From Pseudomonas sp. (lineage in GTDB: Bacteria > Pseudomonadota > Gammaproteobacteria > Pseudomonadales > Pseudomonadaceae), in NCBI GenBank assembly GCA_033852045.1, contig JAWSVF010000008.1, positions 77,390-141,389 on the forward strand: a DNA stretch of 64,000 bases, written 5' to 3'. Each line of letters begins with the position of its first letter. Within the stretch, counting starts at the first letter, position 1. A model generated the notes under the pieces. The model did not search any database. It saw only the letters and a list, made by a program, of their open reading frames with translations, and was not told the origin of the DNA. A program made the position numbers and the translations under genes. This document shows positions 11,760 to 21,707 of this stretch, in pieces.

Positions 11760-12982
11760 TAGCCAGTAACCCTCTCTGGAACGGGTTTGGTCTTCTCCAT
11801 GCGGGTATAGAACGGCATCAGCAGGAAGAAGGCGAAGTACAGTACGGTGCAGATCTGTGCAATCAGCGTGCGGGTATCGGTACCCGGAATCGCGCCCAGG
11901 ATACCCAGGATCACGAAGGACACACAGAAGATCACCAGCCAAACCTTGCTCATCCAGCCCTTGTAGCGGATCGAGCGAACCGGACTACGGTCGAGCCAGG
12001 GAAGTACGAACAGCACCGCGATAGCCGCACCCATAGCGAGTACGCCGGGGAAGGCAGAGCCACCAATAGCCGGAACAGCACGCAGAATCGCGTAGAAAGG
12101 CGTGAAGTACCAGACAGGTGCGATGTGCGTTGGTGTCTTGAGCTGGTTAGCTACTTCAAAGTTGGGGTGCTCAAGGAAGAAGCCACCCATCTCCGGGAAG
12201 AAGAACACCACGATGCAGAAGACGAACAGGAATACCACTACACCGACAATATCCTTGACCGTGTAGTAAGGGTGGAACGCGATGCCGTCCAGCGGCTTGC
12301 CGTTCTCGTCCTTGTGCTTCTTGATGTCGATACCGTCAGGGTTGTTGGAACCCACTTCGTGCAGCGCGATGATGTGCAGCACAACCAGACCCAACAATAC
12401 GATCGGCAGCGCAATCACGTGCAACGCGAAGAAGCGGTTCAGTGTGATACCGGAAATCAGGTAGTCACCCCTAACCCACTGGGCCAGATCAGGACCAATG
12501 AACGGGATCGCACCAAACAGCGAGATAATCACCTGCGCACCCCAGTAGGACATCTGTCCCCAGGGCAACAGGTAACCCATGAACGCCTCACCCATCAACA
12601 CCAGGTAGATGGTCATACCGAACAGCCAGATCAGTTCGCGGGGCTTCTGGTATGAGCCATACATGATACCGCGCAGCATGTGCAGATAGATCACCGCAAA
12701 GAACGCTGACGCGCCAGTTGAGTGCATATAACGCAGCAGCCAGCCGTAATCGACATCACGCATGATGTATTCGATAGACGCAAACGCGCCTGCAGCGGAT
12801 GGCTCGTAGCTCATGGTCAGCCAGACACCGGTGATGATCTGGTTGACCAGTACCAGCATGGCCAGGGAGCCAAAGAAGTAAAAGAAGTTGAAGTTCTTGG
12901 GCGCGTAGTACTTGGTCAGGTGATCTTCGACCACCCTGTTGACCGACATACGCTCATTGATCCAGTTATTCAGCTTACCCAT
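11759..12982 (-). CDS. petB: Cytochrome b subunit of the bc1 complex
   Basis: The 407 aa polytopic protein has typical cytochrome b sequence (YYAPKNFNFFYFFGSLA, RYMHSTGASAFF, PEWYF-like VWYFTPFYAILR). Confidence 0.95.
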   Translation of the reverse strand: MGKLNNWINERMSVNRVVEDHLTKYYAPKNFNFFYFFGSLAMLVLVNQIITGVWLTMSYEPSAAGAFASIEYIMRDVDYGWLLRYMHSTGASAFFAVIYLHMLRGIMYGSYQKPRELIWLFGMTIYLVLMGEAFMGYLLPWGQMSYWGAQVIISLFGAIPFIGPDLAQWVRGDYLISGITLNRFFALHVIALPIVLLGLVVLHIIALHEVGSNNPDGIDIKKHKDENGKPLDGIAFHPYYTVKDIVGVVVFLFVFCIVVFFFPEMGGFFLEHPNFEVANQLKTPTHIAPVWYFTPFYAILRAVPAIGGSAFPGVLAMGAAIAVLFVLPWLDRSPVRSIRYKGWMSKVWLVIFCVSFVILGILGAIPGTDTRTLIAQICTVLYFAFFLLMPFYTRMEKTKPVPERVTG

Positions 12983-13575
12983 CAGACAGTCTCCGGATCC
13001 AGGCCGATGATAATGACATCATCGGACTCATAGTTATGGGGAGGAACCGGCAAGTTCAGTGGCGCCGGCTGGCCCCGGAATACCCGACCCGACATGTCAT
13101 AACGTGAGCTATGGCACGGGCAGAAGTAACCGCCCTTCCACTCAGCGCCCATATCGGCCGATGCGACTTCCGGGCGAAACAGCGGAGAGCATCCAAGGTG
13201 GGTGCAAATCCCCATCACGACCAGAACTTCCGGCTTGATGGCACGAGCAATACCTTCCACGTAGTCAGGCTGCGACGCGGCTTCGGACTGTGGGTCAGCC
13301 ACCCGATCATTCATTTCCTCGAGCGTCTTCAGTGCTTCCTGGGTGCGTCTGGAGACAAACACTGGCTGACCACGCCATTCGGCAACGATCTGCTGACCTG
13401 CCTCAAGCTTGCTTACGTTTACCTTGACCGGCGCGCCAGCCGCTTTGGCCCTCGCGCTCGGGAACCACGATCCAACGAAGGGTACTGCTACCCCCACGGC
13501 TCCGGCTGCACCCACAACACTTGTGGCTGCTACCAGGAAGCGACGCCGGCCGTTGTTTACGCCGTCATTACTCAT
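12982..13575 (-). CDS. petA: Rieske 2Fe-2S subunit of the bc1 complex
   Basis: It has a twin-arginine signal (GRRRFLVAAT) and Rieske boxes CTHLGC and CPCHSS. The start is taken at MSNDG. Confidence 0.9.
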   Translation of the reverse strand: MSNDGVNNGRRRFLVAATSVVGAAGAVGVAVPFVGSWFPSARAKAAGAPVKVNVSKLEAGQQIVAEWRGQPVFVSRRTQEALKTLEEMNDRVADPQSEAASQPDYVEGIARAIKPEVLVVMGICTHLGCSPLFRPEVASADMGAEWKGGYFCPCHSSRYDMSGRVFRGQPAPLNLPVPPHNYESDDVIIIGLDPETV

Positions 13576-13784
13576 CCAGTCGTCTCCCATCTCAGCTAAT
13601 TCAGGCTTTTAAGAGCCCTTTTAAGAGTTTTTATCCGCTTGCACAAAATGAAACCGATGTTAATGAAAAACCCCTTTTTTGACAAGGTGAACTATCACTA
13701 AACCATCCTGCGCCACTGTCTCAAACCTTCGAATTATGGGACGTTGCGGGCTGTACGCCGCCTTAGCGGCATTTTGTCGCACAA

Positions 13785-13820
13785 ACAAAAACGCCCGGCT
13801 CCATAAGGATACCGGGCGCT
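13785..13820 (-). terminator. Rho-independent terminator of the rplM-rpsI operon
   Basis: The stem CGCCCGG (13792-13798) pairs with CCGGGCG (13812-13818). A T-run follows on the minus strand, about 20 nt after the rpsI stop. Confidence 0.6.
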
Positions 13821-13840
13821 CTCGAGATAAGTCTTGCGAC

Positions 13841-14233
13841 TTAACGCTTGGAGTACTGAGGACGCTTACGCGCTTTACGCAGACCCACTTTCTTACGTTC
13901 AACTTCACGAGCGTCACGTGTGACAAAGCCCGCTTTACGCAGCACGCCACGCAGAGTCTCGTCATATTCCATCAGGGCACGTGTAATGCCGTGACGAATC
14001 GCGCCTGCCTGACCTGTAGTACCGCCACCTTTAACGGTAACGAACACGTCAAACTTGGAGACGTTCTCGGTCAGTTCCAGCGGCTGGCGTACAACCATGC
14101 GCGCTGTTTCACGACCGAAGAAGTTCTCGATGGTGCGGCTGTTGATCTGGATGTTGCCATTGCCCGGACGCAGGAACACGCGAGCGGTGGCAGTTTTACG
14201 ACGGCCAGTACCGTAGTTTTGTGTCGCCGACAT
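13841..14233 (-). CDS. rpsI: 30S ribosomal protein S9
   Basis: 130 aa ending in the [11 protein letters not shown] tail typical of S9. Confidence 0.95.
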   Translation of the reverse strand: MSATQNYGTGRRKTATARVFLRPGNGNIQINSRTIENFFGRETARMVVRQPLELTENVSKFDVFVTVKGGGTTGQAGAIRHGITRALMEYDETLRGVLRKAGFVTRDAREVERKKVGLRKARKRPQYSKR

Positions 14234-14245
14234 AGTGAGCTCCTG

Positions 14246-14674
14246 TTAGAACTTGAGTTCTTGGGGTTGTTGGGCCGCATGGGGATGAACTGCACCTTTG
14301 TACACTTTCATCTTGCGGTACATTGCACGCCCCAAGGGGTTTTTCGGCAACATGCCTTTTACGGCAGACTCAATGATGCGCTCTGGAGCGCGAATCACGA
14401 GCTTGTCAAAACTGATCGACTTGATACCGCCCGGAAAACCGGAGTGGCTGTAGTAGATCTTGTCCTGTGCCTTTTTACCGGTCACATGTACTTTCTCGGC
14501 ATTAACGATGACGATGTAATCGCCGGTGTCAACGTGCGGAGTGTACTCGGGCTTATGCTTGCCGCGCAGACGGGTGGCAACTTCGGTAGCCAGACGACCC
14601 AAGGTCAATCCGGTTGCGTCTACTATGTACCAATCGCGTTTTACGCTTTCAGGTTTGGCGCTGAAGGTTTTCAT
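14246..14674 (-). CDS. rplM: 50S ribosomal protein L13
   Basis: [20 protein letters not shown] is the typical L13 N-terminus. The start is trimmed from the longer ORF to this ATG. Confidence 0.95.
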   Translation of the reverse strand: MKTFSAKPESVKRDWYIVDATGLTLGRLATEVATRLRGKHKPEYTPHVDTGDYIVIVNAEKVHVTGKKAQDKIYYSHSGFPGGIKSISFDKLVIRAPERIIESAVKGMLPKNPLGRAMYRKMKVYKGAVHPHAAQQPQELKF

Positions 14675-14957
14675 TAATCCTAGCCTCAGAGGCCGCTCTA
14701 ATAATAAGAGGGCGAATCTTACAGAATGAAATGTGTTTTTACAAGACAACAAAGCCTAGAACAGACACTCAGTGGGGGCTGCGTGGGTCTGGGTGGCATC
14801 TGCGCTGTAAACAACAACGACAGGCTAGGCATCCTGTCGAAAGTGGCGGGCATTATGCCAAGGGAGCTAAAAATTACAACCCTTATTTACAATCGATGCC
14901 ATATTAGCTCAGCCTAACGGCCTATTAACCGGACTCAACCTTATCAGGGAGCACCCC

Positions 14958-15998
14958 ATGCAATATCGCCCTCTTGGCCGCACCAAGCTCAAGGTCAGTG
15001 CACTGTGCCTCGGCACCATGACCTGGGGGGAGCAAAACACGCAGAAAGATGCATTCGCCCAGATAGACCGGGCGAAGGACGCGGGAGTCAATTTCATCGA
15101 CGCCGCAGAAATGTATCCCGTCCCGCCCAAAGGCGAAACATACGGAGAAACCGAGCGGATACTTGGCCATTATCTGGCCGAACGTGCCAATCGCGAAGAC
15201 TGGATCATCGCCAGCAAAGTAGCCGGCCCCGGGAACTGGCTACCACACATCCGTGAAGGCAAGACCAGATTCAACCGCGAGCACCTCACTGCAGCCCTGG
15301 ACGCCAGCCTCAAACGCCTGCGTACCGATTACCTTGATCTCTACCAATTACACTGGCCTGACCGCAGCACGAATTTCTTCGGTAATCTGGGCTACCGCCA
15401 CAATCCGGATGAAGAAATCACCCCCATTGAGGATACCCTTGAAGTTCTTGAAGACTTCGTGAAGGCAGGAAAGATCAGGCACATCGGCCTGTCCAACGAA
15501 ACGCCATGGGGCGTGAGCAGGTTCCTTCACCTGGCAGAAAGCCGTGGCTGGCCGCGCATTGCATCGATCCAGAATCCCTACAATCTGCTCAACCGCACCT
15601 ATGAAGTGGGCATGGCAGAGATGTCTATGCGCGAACAGGTAGGCCTACTTGCGTACTCCCCACTGGCCTTTGGAACCCTGACTGGCAAGTATCTGAACGG
15701 GCTGCAGCCCGAGAAGGGCCGGCTTACGCTTTTCAGCCGGTTTAGCCGGTATACCAACCCGCAGGCCGAAAGGGCCTGTGCCAGATATGTAAGACTGGCC
15801 CGCGAACACGGACTGGACCCAGCTCAGATGGCGCTGGCATTCGTTACTCGGCAGCCCTTTGTCACCAGCAACATCATCGGGGCCACCAATATGGACCAGC
15901 TCAACCGCAACCTGAGCAGCATCAATATGGGCTTGCCTGATGGTGTTCTGGATGCAATCGCCGAGATCCATCAAAGCCAACCCAACCCCGCACCGTAA
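14958..15998 (+). CDS. NADP(H)-dependent aldo/keto reductase (Tas-like)
   Basis: 346 aa with AKR motifs (MQYRPLGRTKLKVSALCLGTMTWG, FIDAAEMY, LYQLHWPD, IGLSNE). Confidence 0.85.
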   Translation: MQYRPLGRTKLKVSALCLGTMTWGEQNTQKDAFAQIDRAKDAGVNFIDAAEMYPVPPKGETYGETERILGHYLAERANREDWIIASKVAGPGNWLPHIREGKTRFNREHLTAALDASLKRLRTDYLDLYQLHWPDRSTNFFGNLGYRHNPDEEITPIEDTLEVLEDFVKAGKIRHIGLSNETPWGVSRFLHLAESRGWPRIASIQNPYNLLNRTYEVGMAEMSMREQVGLLAYSPLAFGTLTGKYLNGLQPEKGRLTLFSRFSRYTNPQAERACARYVRLAREHGLDPAQMALAFVTRQPFVTSNIIGATNMDQLNRNLSSINMGLPDGVLDAIAEIHQSQPNPAP

Positions 15999-16172
15999 TT
16001 GGTGCGACCTCCGCCGCCGGATCGCACCATATAATCCGGCGGCGTGTCACCCCGAATCCGGCGATCAATAGACATTCCCGCTTTTTATCGTGGTAAACAC
16101 GGCACATGCGCCAGAGTATAAGATGCTTTAGTCAATATTTGGCCGATTCATCTTATAAAAGCGATAACAATC

Positions 16173-17183
16173 ATGATCCAGCCCAATCAGTCCCTCACCC
16201 CGCTTCGCCAAGTAGCGATACTGGCAACAGACGGGGTAATCGCCTCTACGCTAATGCAGGCGAAAGACTTCTTTCACATGGCCAGCCTGCGTGACGGCCG
16301 CCGCCGTGGCCATGGACTCACACCTGGATTTCGTACTTCGATCGTGGCTCCGGACAACCTGCCCGTCACCAGTTTCAGCCAGGACCGCATAGCGACCGAT
16401 GCGACCCTCAGCGCCCTGCGTCCCCAACTGATCATGCTGCCTGCCCTCTGGGGCGACTTCGATCAGATGCTCGAACGCTATCCGGGCGTAATCCCCTGGC
16501 TCCAGGATGAACATGCCCGTGGCACGCTGATCAGCGCCGAAGCAACAGGTGTGTTCTGGGTAGCAGCAGCGGGTTTGCTTGATGGTCGCGAGGCCACAAC
16601 CTACTGGCGCTTTTTCGATGAGTTCACCCAGCGCTTTCCGCAGGTAATGCTATGTCGCGACAAACACATTACCGATGCCGACAACATCTATTGTGCAGCC
16701 GGAGTGACATCAGGCTGTGACCTGTCAATTCATCTAATCGAGAAACTGTGTGGAAGTCAGGTAGCACAGGCCGTTGCCCGGGACACGCTCTACGAAGTCC
16801 AGCGCAGCTATACCCCAGGCGTGATTGGCTTTGGTGGTCAGAAACTGCATCAGGATGTCGCCATCCTGCAGATCCAGCAGTGGCTCGAGGAGCATTTTGC
16901 GGACAAATTCCGCTTTGAAGATGTCGCCAGCCAACACGGCATGAGCATTCGCAATTTCATGCGCCGCTTCCAGGGCGCCACCGGGGACAAGCCGCTGCAC
17001 TACCTGCAGCGTCTGCGCATCGAAACCGCAAAAAACCTGTTGAGCACCACCCGGCGCAGTATCAAGACCATCAGCTATGACGTGGGCTACGACGACGCTA
17101 GCTTCTTCGCCCGTCTGTTCCGGCAGCATACTGAGCTTTCACCGAATCAATACCGCCGGCAGTTTCAGCAGAACCTGCAGTAG
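16173..17183 (+). CDS. GlxA-family transcriptional regulator (DJ-1/PfpI-like domain + AraC HTH)
   Basis: 336 aa. The N-terminal amidotransferase-like domain is followed by a C-terminal AraC-type HTH (IRNFMRRFQGATGDKPLHYLQRLRIETAKNLL ... GYDDASFFARLFRQHTELSPNQYR). Confidence 0.85.
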   Translation: MIQPNQSLTPLRQVAILATDGVIASTLMQAKDFFHMASLRDGRRRGHGLTPGFRTSIVAPDNLPVTSFSQDRIATDATLSALRPQLIMLPALWGDFDQMLERYPGVIPWLQDEHARGTLISAEATGVFWVAAAGLLDGREATTYWRFFDEFTQRFPQVMLCRDKHITDADNIYCAAGVTSGCDLSIHLIEKLCGSQVAQAVARDTLYEVQRSYTPGVIGFGGQKLHQDVAILQIQQWLEEHFADKFRFEDVASQHGMSIRNFMRRFQGATGDKPLHYLQRLRIETAKNLLSTTRRSIKTISYDVGYDDASFFARLFRQHTELSPNQYRRQFQQNLQ

Positions 17184-17247
17184 GCAGTCCCCGACGAAAC
17201 TCACACCCCGAGGCCGATTACCAGCGGGTCGGCCTGGGAGTGATCCC

Positions 17248-18351
17248 TCAGGGCTTATGGGCCCGGGCCAGGAACTCGTGGGACTGCATCTCCAGCAAAC
17301 GACTGAGAGTGCGCTGAAATTCAAAGCTCAGTCGTCCTCCAGTGTAGAGATCCTTGAGCTCAACCTCGGCGGAAAGTATCAGCTTGACGTTGCGGTCATA
17401 AAACTCGTCGACCAGATTGATGAAGCGTCGAGCCATGTCGTCTTTGCTCGCATTCATCTGCTCCACATTGGCAATCAATACCGCGTGGAAGATCTTGGCC
17501 AGCTCGATATAGTCGTTCTGGCTGCGCGGGCCGTCACACAACTCCCGGAACTCGAACCAGCCGACGTCCTCGCAGACACGAATCGATTTGACTGGACGAT
17601 TCTCGACGGTCAGCAGATCACCTTCCACGACTTCTTCGATGTCTGGTACCAGGCTCTCGAAGCTTTGCCGCAGACTCAGATCTGCGCCCTCATCCAGCGG
17701 CCAGTGATACAGCTCAGCCTGCTCCAGGGCGCGTAAACGATAATCCACACCATTGTCTACATTAACCACTTCGGTATGACTATTGAGCAGCGCAATGGCC
17801 GGCAGGAACCGGGCACGCTGCAACCCATTCTTGTAGAGACCGTCCGGGACGATATTGGAGGTCGCTACCAGGGTGACGCCGTTCTTGAACAACTCTTCCA
17901 TCAGAGTGCCTAGGATCATTGCATCGGTAATATCCGATACGAAGAACTCGTCAAAACAGATGACGCGCGCCTCATCGGCAAACTGCCTGGCAATCAAGGT
18001 AAGCGGGTTCTTTTCGCCCTTGAGCCCCCTCAGTTCATGGTGCACCCGCTGCATGAAGCGGTGAAAATGGGTGCGCATCTTGCGTTCGATCGGCAAGGTG
18101 TCAAAGAAGGTGTCGACCAGATAGGTTTTGCCGCGGCCCACTCCGCCCCAGAAATACAGCCCCTTTACTCGCTCTGGCTTTTTGCGCAAAAGCTTGTCCA
18201 AGAGACCTGAGCTGGACTGCTCGGTAGCGACCAGGTCATCAAAGAGACGCTGCAAGTGGCGTACAGCCTCTTCCTGCGCTGGGTCGTGAACGAAATCCGG
18301 ACGCTTGAGGTCCGCCTGGTAACGATCAATAGGCGTCATATTGCTGACCAT
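17248..18351 (-). CDS. zapE: Cell division protein ZapE (AFG1-family ATPase)
   Basis: 367 aa with a Walker A motif (YFWGGVGRGKTYL) and the AFG1 family pattern. It neighbours rplM-rpsI and yhcB as in E. coli. Confidence 0.9.
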   Translation of the reverse strand: MVSNMTPIDRYQADLKRPDFVHDPAQEEAVRHLQRLFDDLVATEQSSSGLLDKLLRKKPERVKGLYFWGGVGRGKTYLVDTFFDTLPIERKMRTHFHRFMQRVHHELRGLKGEKNPLTLIARQFADEARVICFDEFFVSDITDAMILGTLMEELFKNGVTLVATSNIVPDGLYKNGLQRARFLPAIALLNSHTEVVNVDNGVDYRLRALEQAELYHWPLDEGADLSLRQSFESLVPDIEEVVEGDLLTVENRPVKSIRVCEDVGWFEFRELCDGPRSQNDYIELAKIFHAVLIANVEQMNASKDDMARRFINLVDEFYDRNVKLILSAEVELKDLYTGGRLSFEFQRTLSRLLEMQSHEFLARAHKP

Positions 18352-18426
18352 CGGAGGTTGAGGGGGCCGGAACTGTACCCCCTGGGTATCGCATTTGGCA
18401 ATTGAACGATGTAATGGAAAACGCTT

Positions 18427-19050
18427 TCACGTCAACGCCTGCTCAACTGCTCCTTTCAATTCCGGCAAACGTCCGTGAAAAAAGTGACCTGTGTCGGCAA
18501 AACGCACGACTTCCACATCATTTCGACCCTCTAGCAGGCCGAAAACGGAAGCAGATGCAACCACGTCATCAGCTTCACCCATCATCACCGTGGACGGCGT
18601 CTTCAACGGCAGGAGCTCCGGGAACGGCAACCGCTCCACCGAAGGCGCAACCAGAACCAGTTTCTGGGGTGGACTGTCCAGACGATTGGCCGCCGCCGCA
18701 GCAATATAGCCCCCGAAGGAAAACCCCATTACCCACAGTGCGGGCGCAGGCAGGTCAAGTCGAGCCCAGTCAATAATGGCAAGGCAGTCATCAATTTCAC
18801 CCCTACCCTCGTCATGCTCACCACCACTGCGCCCCACCCCTCGGAAATTGAACCTGACCACATCGGCGCCCAGATCCCGCGCCGCGCGCATCAACGTATG
18901 CACTACCTTGTTAGCCATTGTGCCGCCGTGCAAGGGATGCGGGTGGCAGATGACAGCAAGTGCCACCGGATCGTCAACGCGTGTCACCAGCAATTCAAGG
19001 GGGCCAGCTGGCCCTGCAATGGTTATTCTTTCCTCAAGTTTGTCGCTCAT
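18427..19050 (-). CDS. Alpha/beta-fold hydrolase
   Basis: It has a nucleophile-elbow motif GFSFGG and an upstream HPHPLHGG segment. The start is chosen at MSDKLEE; the upstream extension looks non-coding. Confidence 0.7.
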   Translation of the reverse strand: MSDKLEERITIAGPAGPLELLVTRVDDPVALAVICHPHPLHGGTMANKVVHTLMRAARDLGADVVRFNFRGVGRSGGEHDEGRGEIDDCLAIIDWARLDLPAPALWVMGFSFGGYIAAAAANRLDSPPQKLVLVAPSVERLPFPELLPLKTPSTVMMGEADDVVASASVFGLLEGRNDVEVVRFADTGHFFHGRLPELKGAVEQALT

Positions 19051-19252
19051 TAATACCCCCGTGAACATGTCCGCTAAATCGCCTCGACCAGCAGCAATTC
19101 GGGCCTGTGGAGGAGACCCTGAGCGTTGCCGGATACAGGCTACCCCCAAAGGGTACTAGCCTTGGCAGAGAAATGTCGTTACCGTTAGTACATTAGCTGT
19201 TAAGCCGCTTTCGTGCGGGCCTGACACCCAATCGCTCAATAGGGGAAGCACA

Positions 19253-19705
19253 GTGGAAGCAAGCGAAAACCTGTGGATTGCAGTAACCATTGCTCTGGCA
19301 GCTGGCGTCATTATCGGCATCGTGCTGACTCAGATAGCCAGGCGCGTCAGTGGTTCGTATTCGTCCGGCACCCGATCACAACTGGAAAGTCTGCAGTTGC
19401 GATTCGAGGAGTATCAGCAGGAAGTTTCAAGTCACTTCAAAACCACCGCGAGCCTGGTAGCACAGCTTAATCGCAGTCATCAGGAGATTCAGGAGCACCT
19501 TTCACAGGGTGCGATGGATCTGTCCCCTGATGAAATGACCCGTCAGCGTCTGCTGGCCGCCCTGGAAGAGCCTCCTGTCTCTCGCAAAAGGCCCAATGGC
19601 GAGCCCCTGTTCGACAGCCTTGAGCCTCCGCGCGACTATGCTCCCAAGGGTCAGGACAGCCCGGGCACACTGTCGGAAGATTATGGGTTCGACCGCAAGT
19701 CCTGA
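19253..19705 (+). CDS. YhcB/ZapG-like (DUF1043) inner-membrane protein
   Basis: 150 aa with a single N-terminal TM (LWIAVTIALAAGVIIGIVL) followed by a coiled-coil region. It has a GTG start. The position next to zapE matches E. coli yhcB. Confidence 0.65.
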   Translation: MEASENLWIAVTIALAAGVIIGIVLTQIARRVSGSYSSGTRSQLESLQLRFEEYQQEVSSHFKTTASLVAQLNRSHQEIQEHLSQGAMDLSPDEMTRQRLLAALEEPPVSRKRPNGEPLFDSLEPPRDYAPKGQDSPGTLSEDYGFDRKS

Positions 19706-19761
19706 TGCATCCTGCGGTGGCCTGACACGGCCACCAACTACAATTGCGGATACCGATAAAG

Positions 19762-20898
19762 ATGTCGGGCGCTGACCCTCATTTCTTCCAACGCAGTGAG
19801 CAGGACCCGGCGCATCTGATCATCAGCGGCGACTGGGTGCTTGCTCACTACGCGGTGCTGCGCGAGCAAATCGGCCAGTCACAAAGTCAGACCTCAGGTG
19901 CACAGAGCGCCGACTTGAGCGGCCTCGGCAAACTGGATACGGCCGGCGCCCAGCTGCTCGCCGAACTGCTGGGCCCCAAGCTGCTAGCAACATTAGCCGA
20001 GCATAGTGAAGGGCTGGACTCCAAGCAGGGCACCCTGCTGCAGCGAGTCGCCCAGACCATAGATGCCGATCCACCGCACCCCGCCAGACCGGGATTCCTG
20101 ATTGTCGATCTTCTGGCTCGCGTTGGCGATGCCACGCTAAGCTTCTGGCACCACCTGATTGAACTGCTCGGCTTCACGGGCCTGGTGCTTGCCAGCCTCA
20201 GTCGCAATATCCTGCGCCCGCGAAACTGGCGGCTAACCTCGCTGGTCGCACAGATCGAAGTCACCGGCCTCAATGCACTACCCATCGTAGCGCTGCTGAC
20301 CTTTATGGTCGGTGCCGTCGTAGCCTTTCTGGGTGCGACGATTCTTGAAAGCTTTGGTGCAACCATCTACACGGTAGACCTGGTCGCATTCTCGTTCATG
20401 CGTGAGTTCGGCGTGTTACTCACGGCCATCCTGCTTGCCGGCAGAACCGCGAGCGCATTTACTGCCCAGATCGGCTCGATGAAAGCCAATGAGGAGGTTG
20501 ATGCCATTCGCGCCCTGGGCCTCAACCCAATCGACTTGCTGGTATTGCCCCGCGTGCTGGCAATGCTGATAGCGCTGCCGATTCTTACCCTGGTTGCCAT
20601 GTTTTCAGGTCTTTTGGGAGGGGCCCTTGTCTGCATGCTCTCTCTGGATATTTCCCCCACCATGTTCCTGGGCACGCTACAGCAGAACATGGATGTTCAG
20701 CATTTCTACGTTGGCATGGCAAAGGCGCCCGTATTTGCCTTTTTGATCGCCCTGATCGGGTGCCTCGAAGGCTTCAAGGTCACGGGCAGCGCCCAGTCAG
20801 TGGGCGAGCACACGACCTCTAGCGTGGTGAAGTCCATTTTTGTGGTTATTCTGGTGGATGCCCTGGCCGCACTCTTCTTCATGGAGATGGGCTGGTGA
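19762..20898 (+). CDS. MlaE-family ABC permease with N-terminal STAS-like extension
   Basis: The C-terminal 250 aa has the typical MlaE/Ttg2B permease pattern (REFGVLLTAILLAGRTASAFTAQIGSMKANEEVDA). The N-terminal roughly 110 aa resembles a STAS/MlaB domain. The start is uncertain (TTG at 19744 or ATG at 19762). Confidence 0.8.
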   Translation: MSGADPHFFQRSEQDPAHLIISGDWVLAHYAVLREQIGQSQSQTSGAQSADLSGLGKLDTAGAQLLAELLGPKLLATLAEHSEGLDSKQGTLLQRVAQTIDADPPHPARPGFLIVDLLARVGDATLSFWHHLIELLGFTGLVLASLSRNILRPRNWRLTSLVAQIEVTGLNALPIVALLTFMVGAVVAFLGATILESFGATIYTVDLVAFSFMREFGVLLTAILLAGRTASAFTAQIGSMKANEEVDAIRALGLNPIDLLVLPRVLAMLIALPILTLVAMFSGLLGGALVCMLSLDISPTMFLGTLQQNMDVQHFYVGMAKAPVFAFLIALIGCLEGFKVTGSAQSVGEHTTSSVVKSIFVVILVDALAALFFMEMGW

Positions 20899-21707
20899 GC
20901 GATACTACAAATAACGACCCACTGATTCGGGTACGCGGGCTGCTCAACCAATTTGGCACGCAGACGATTCATGAGAACCTTGATCTGGATATCCATCGCG
21001 GCGAGATACTCGGCGTGGTCGGCGGCTCGGGCAGCGGCAAGTCGGTGCTGCTGCGCTCGATTCTGGGCTTGCGCCGCCCCACCGGAGGTCGCGTCGAGGT
21101 TTTCGGCGAAGACCTGCAGACGCTTGATGACGAAGCTAGATCTCAACACGAAAGACGCTTTGGTGTGCTGTTTCAACAGGGCGCGCTGTTTTCCTCAATG
21201 ACCGTTGCTGAGAATATCGCTTTACCCCTCATTGAACACGGCGGCTTGAGTCGCGCAGACGCCGAACATCTGGCACAGATGAAGATCGCTCTTACCGGGC
21301 TCAATGCCAACGCCGGGAGCAAATATCCTTCAGAATTATCCGGCGGGATGATCAAGCGTGCAGCGCTGGCCCGCGCATTGGCCCTGGATCCGGATATTCT
21401 GTTCCTGGACGAGCCTACAGCCGGCCTCGACCCTATCGGAGCCGCTGCCTTTGATGAGCTGATACGAACTCTGCGCGATGCGCTGGGTCTGAGTGTATTC
21501 CTGGTGACGCACGATCTTGATACGCTTTATGCAATCTGCGATAGGATTGCTGTGCTGTCCCAGAAAAAAGTGCTGGTGGCCGACACCCTCGAGCGGGTAG
21601 CGGCCGTAGACGACCCATGGATTCAGGGTTACTTCCATGGTCCCAGAGGCCGCGCCGCGGCCGATGCGACCGACCGTAACAGACACCCGCCGGAGTATGA
21701 CAGCTGA
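20895..21707 (+). CDS. ABC transporter ATP-binding protein (MlaF-like)
   Basis: It has a Walker A motif (GGSGSGKS), the signature LSGGMIKR and a Walker B motif (ILFLDEP). The GTG start overlaps the permease stop. Confidence 0.9.
   Translation: MSDTTNNDPLIRVRGLLNQFGTQTIHENLDLDIHRGEILGVVGGSGSGKSVLLRSILGLRRPTGGRVEVFGEDLQTLDDEARSQHERRFGVLFQQGALFSSMTVAENIALPLIEHGGLSRADAEHLAQMKIALTGLNANAGSKYPSELSGGMIKRAALARALALDPDILFLDEPTAGLDPIGAAAFDELIRTLRDALGLSVFLVTHDLDTLYAICDRIAVLSQKKVLVADTLERVAAVDDPWIQGYFHGPRGRAAADATDRNRHPPEYDS

Noticed and set aside
10977-11942. Long versions of several minus-strand ORFs (petC shown; similarly rplM, guaA, ndk, pilW, secD/F, queA, der, yfgM)
   Set aside because: The N-terminal extensions overlap upstream genes or lack homology. 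Starts were trimmed to the position where the family-typical N-terminus begins.
11630-12655. 341 aa plus-strand ORF
   Set aside because: It is antisense to cytochrome b. The His/Arg/Asp-rich translation is not protein-like.
13736-14677. 313 aa plus-strand ORF
   Set aside because: It is antisense to rpsI and rplM, which are certain, and has no recognisable motifs.
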